A stretch of 64,000 bases of DNA from Waterburya sp. GTDB taxonomy: Bacteria; Cyanobacteriota; Cyanobacteriia; Cyanobacteriales; Xenococcaceae. Made by a program: the position numbers and the translations under genes. This document shows positions 61,225 through 64,000 of this stretch, piece by piece (within the stretch, counting starts at the first letter, position 1; every line of letters begins with the position of its first letter). The DNA is taken from positions 1,152,001 through 1,216,000 of the forward strand of contig CBDCJV010000002.1 of the NCBI GenBank assembly GCA_965217895.1, in the 5' to 3' direction. The notes beneath the pieces are model-generated. The model worked only from the letters and a program-made list of their open reading frames with translations, searched no databases and had not been told where the DNA came from.

Positions 61225-62103
61225 ATGAAAAAACTATTGGTTACGGGTGCAAGCGGTTTTTTAGGCTGGAACTTGTGTCAGTATGCTCAGGCAAACTGGA
61301 AAGTATACGGGACATATTTTAGTCATGAGGTAAAAATACCCAGAGCAACTTTATATAAGACTGATTTGAAAGATTTTGAGGCACTCGATCGACTATTTAA
61401 AGATATCAAGCCTGATGGGGTAATTCATACTGCTGCTGCTTCCAAACCTAATTTCTGTCAAACTAATCCGAATGAGTCTTACGCTATTAACGTTACGGCT
61501 GCGCTAAATATTGCTCGTCTATGTGGCGAACATAATATTCCTTGTGCCTTTACCTCAACGGATTTGGTCTTTGATGGCAAAAATCCTCTTTATGAGGAAA
61601 CCGATCCAGTTTGTCCAATCAATTATTACGGCGAACAAAAAGTAACCGCCGAACAAAAGATGCGGGAAGTATATCCTGCGATCGCAATTTGCCGAATGCC
61701 TTTGATGTTTGGTGCGCCTTCTTCCGTTGCTGCTAGCTTTATGCAGGGAATGGTTAGTAATCTTAAAGCTGGCAAAGAAATCAATTTATTTGTAGATGAA
61801 TTTCGTACACCTGCTAGTGCGTCTGCTACGTCTCAAGGATTGTTATTGGCTGTAGAAAAGAAGGTTCAGGGGATCTTACACTTGGGCGGAAAAGAGAGAA
61901 TCTCTCGTTATGACTTTGGGTTGTTGTTAGCAGATATTTGGCAATTACCAACAGATCTAATTAAACCAGGTAAACAATCAGATGTAGTTGCGGTAGCACC
62001 GCGATCGCCTGACACTTCTTTAGATAGCAGCAAAGCTTTTGCTCTTGGCTATCAGCCTTTATCTTTGAGAGAAGAGTTAACTAATTTGCTCAACGCGGTT
62101 TAA
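61225..62103 (+). CDS. dTDP-4-dehydrorhamnose reductase-like SDR
   Basis: VTGASGFLG, STDLVFDG, YGEQK, DEFRTP. Confidence 0.85.
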   Translation: MKKLLVTGASGFLGWNLCQYAQANWKVYGTYFSHEVKIPRATLYKTDLKDFEALDRLFKDIKPDGVIHTAAASKPNFCQTNPNESYAINVTAALNIARLCGEHNIPCAFTSTDLVFDGKNPLYEETDPVCPINYYGEQKVTAEQKMREVYPAIAICRMPLMFGAPSSVAASFMQGMVSNLKAGKEINLFVDEFRTPASASATSQGLLLAVEKKVQGILHLGGKERISRYDFGLLLADIWQLPTDLIKPGKQSDVVAVAPRSPDTSLDSSKAFALGYQPLSLREELTNLLNAV

Positions 62104-62135
62104 AACAGTTTTCTTGACAAACTTAGAAGCCTTAC

Positions 62136-62226
62136 ATAGCAGTTCTCATTTAAATGAGGTACGTTAACAACCTTGGTTTTTGTTGATTGTTAATCGGGTG
62201 TACCTTACCTATTTGAGAAAGGCTAT
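62136..62226. mobile_element. Small MITE-like element
   Basis: ATAGCAGTTCTCATTTAAATGAGGTAC ... GTACCTTACCTATTTGAGAAAGGCTAT imperfect terminal inverted repeats. Confidence 0.6.
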
Positions 62227-62236
62227 ATCTTTTAAG

Positions 62237-62429
62237 GGCGTTGCTGATTCAAGTGATGACGTATAAAATATTACTGTTCGTAGCTTTTAGCTCTCAGCTT
62301 TTAGCTATTAGCTTTCAAGTATTCTTCATGTTCCAACAAGGTGATTAGAGATGGCGAGGAAACCTCGCCCTCTCTCACCTTCAAATTAGGAAATAAAAAA
62401 CCTGTACAGCATTACAATTCAGCAACGCC
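62237..62429. mobile_element. MITE, GGCGTTGCTGA/TCAGCAACGCC family, intact
   Basis: Perfect 11-bp TIRs and perfect 8-bp TSD CTTTTAAG (62229-62236 and 62430-62437). Confidence 0.88.
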
Positions 62430-62432
62430 CTT

Positions 62433-62672
62433 TTAAGAATTGTTACTAGGATTAATTATCTGGGGAAAATCTCCCCCCGATAGCCATCCATATAAAAAGA
62501 CTATTCCAACCCCTACAATTATCCATAGTAAAAAGGCACGGCAATAATTAACAAAACTAGGTTTACCTACTCCACAAGCACCGACGATAAAAACGATTAT
62601 ATTGACTATAGGAATAAAAAAAAGCAAAAATAGCCCAAACCATTCCCAAAATCCTACTGGCTCCATAATCAA
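62433..62672 (-). CDS. Small membrane hypothetical protein
   Basis: W....LL..IPIVNII..NY.RA pattern; GGAG RBS. Confidence 0.6.
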   Translation of the reverse strand: MIMEPVGFWEWFGLFLLFFIPIVNIIVFIVGACGVGKPSFVNYCRAFLLWIIVGVGIVFLYGWLSGGDFPQIINPSNNS

Positions 62673-62861
62673 CTCCTGTATTTTCTACTTTTCAATGTTG
62701 GCTATCTAATTTTCTGAACACTTATCTTAAGAACTACTGATTTTAGATTAGATGCAGTTTAAATATATATTTATGATTCCCAAATATTTTCTTTTTCTGC
62801 TTAATTTATTTATATTGCTTGAATATTTTTAGTTTATTAATTTCTGTGAAAAAATATCTAT

Positions 62862-63452
62862 TTATCTAAAGGTAAGTAACATATTGATTTCTTGTGAGGT
62901 TAAATTACGCCATTGTCCAGGCTGTAAGCCTGTTAAATTAATTTGTTGAGAATTGTTACCCAGAGAAACTCTAATTAATCTAAGAGTAGGAAAGCCTACC
63001 GCTGCCGTCATGCGTCGCACCTGACGATTACGTCCTTCTGTCAGGGTGATTTTTAACCAGCAAGTAGGTATGTTTTGGCGATCGCGAATTGGCGGAATGC
63101 GAGGCGGAAAATCAGGTTCTTCTGATAGTATATGTACTTTGGCTTTACGGGTAAGATAGTTTTTAATTGTGATTCCCTGCCGTAGCTTATTCAAAGCCGA
63201 TTCATCAGGAATACGTTCTACCTGAACATAGTAAGTGCGGGGATGGGCAAATTTAGGATTAGCAAGACGATTTTGCAGTTGTCCATTATCGGTTAGTAAT
63301 AATAATCCTTCACTATCTAAATCTAATCTGCCTACGGGATAGACATTAGGAATCGGAATGTAGTCTTTGAGAAGGGGGCGTTTTTGCTCGCTGCTATTAT
63401 CCGTAAACTGGCATAAAACTCCATAGGGTTTATTAAATAAAATATATTCCAT
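62862..63452 (-). CDS. Pseudouridine synthase (RsuA/RluE family)
   Basis: [32 protein letters not shown]. Confidence 0.9.
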   Translation of the reverse strand: MEYILFNKPYGVLCQFTDNSSEQKRPLLKDYIPIPNVYPVGRLDLDSEGLLLLTDNGQLQNRLANPKFAHPRTYYVQVERIPDESALNKLRQGITIKNYLTRKAKVHILSEEPDFPPRIPPIRDRQNIPTCWLKITLTEGRNRQVRRMTAAVGFPTLRLIRVSLGNNSQQINLTGLQPGQWRNLTSQEINMLLTFR

Positions 63453-63474
63453 AGAAAATTATAAATTCTACAAA

Positions 63475-63819
63475 TAAGCAGGTGGGCGAAATCATTTATA
63501 AGATACGCCTAATGTGAATTGCAAAATGCTTATTCTCGCTTCTAATTAAAATTGGTCTGTGAAAACCATAGCTTAATACTGGGGGAATTTTCCCCCAGAC
63601 CCCCTGTTGGGGAGGGCGTAACGTCCCCAAACCCCTGACGTAAACATTAACATCGATTCTTTCCATAATTAATTGGAGTTTAAATCCGCATATGGATTTT
63701 ATATAAAATAAAAGAATGAAATTTAATTTACATCAGACGTAAGATATCAATACTAACTTTTGCCCTGACCTCTGACCTCTATCAAAGTCATTTTATATTT
63801 AATTACACTTACTTACTTA
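63475..63819. mobile_element. TAAGCAGGTGGGC-type MITE carrying a nested second MITE (63506-63739)
   Basis: Outer parts match the reverse complement of 49968-50086; inner element has TIRs CGCCTAATGTGAATT/AATTTACATCAGACG and TSD TAAGATA. Confidence 0.8.
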
Positions 63820-63860
63820 GGCAGATTCTTTATTCATTTTAGGAAAAAACCTTGCTGTTG

Positions 63861-64000
63861 CTAATTCTTAATTCCCGTCGAACCAATGCCCTGAATCAAT
63901 TGTTTTTGACCAATCAAAAATAGTATTAATACGGGAATAGTCGCAATAACTACTGCTGCCATCATTAGTGACCAATCACTAGTAAACTGTTCTTGGAACT
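63861..64000 (-). CDS. Carbohydrate ABC transporter permease, C-terminal part (runs off window end)
   Basis: FQEQFTSDWSLMMAAVVIATIPVLILFLIGQKQLIQGIGSTGIKN*. Confidence 0.85.
   Translation of the reverse strand, partial: FQEQFTSDWSLMMAAVVIATIPVLILFLIGQKQLIQGIGSTGIKN

Noticed and set aside
1..64000. Very frequent GCGATCGC octamer as a novel repeat
   Set aside because: This is the known cyanobacterial HIP1 palindrome

Overview
Chromosomal window from a cyanobacterium. Evidence: abundant HIP1 (GCGATCGC), heptamer STRRs, and psbDC, ycf4, rbp and ispG; a Pleurocapsales-like origin is my impression only. Left to right it holds: a GST (YqjG/ECM4) gene; a response regulator converging on a large double-module hybrid histidine kinase; a ~12.5 kb Wzx/Wzy-type, probably sulfated exopolysaccharide cluster whose first genes include a receiver-domain-fused polysaccharide co-polymerase; a GH13 enzyme and CHASE3 kinase; housekeeping genes; an internally deleted IS5 and a frameshifted P450; psbD-psbC with unusual substitutions, divergent from ycf4; a nested mobile-element remnant (MITE/ISAs1/small repeats); an RTX-tailed polysaccharide deacetylase with galE; a catalytically intact long prokaryotic Argonaute; DUF29; an archaeal-type CTP-dependent riboflavin kinase-like gene; an urt/fmd-type amide ABC transporter divergent from formamidase fmdAB around an NtcA box; a hicAB module with a dead toxin sitting inside a gene-end duplication; crcB; an rfbD-like gene; and a pseudouridine synthase. 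The most notable observation is that the Argonaute sits between the two ends of a MITE family (GGCGTTGCTGA..TCAGCAACGCC, 8-bp TSD) that also occurs twice, empty, in this window. No CRISPR array, rRNA or tRNA was seen.
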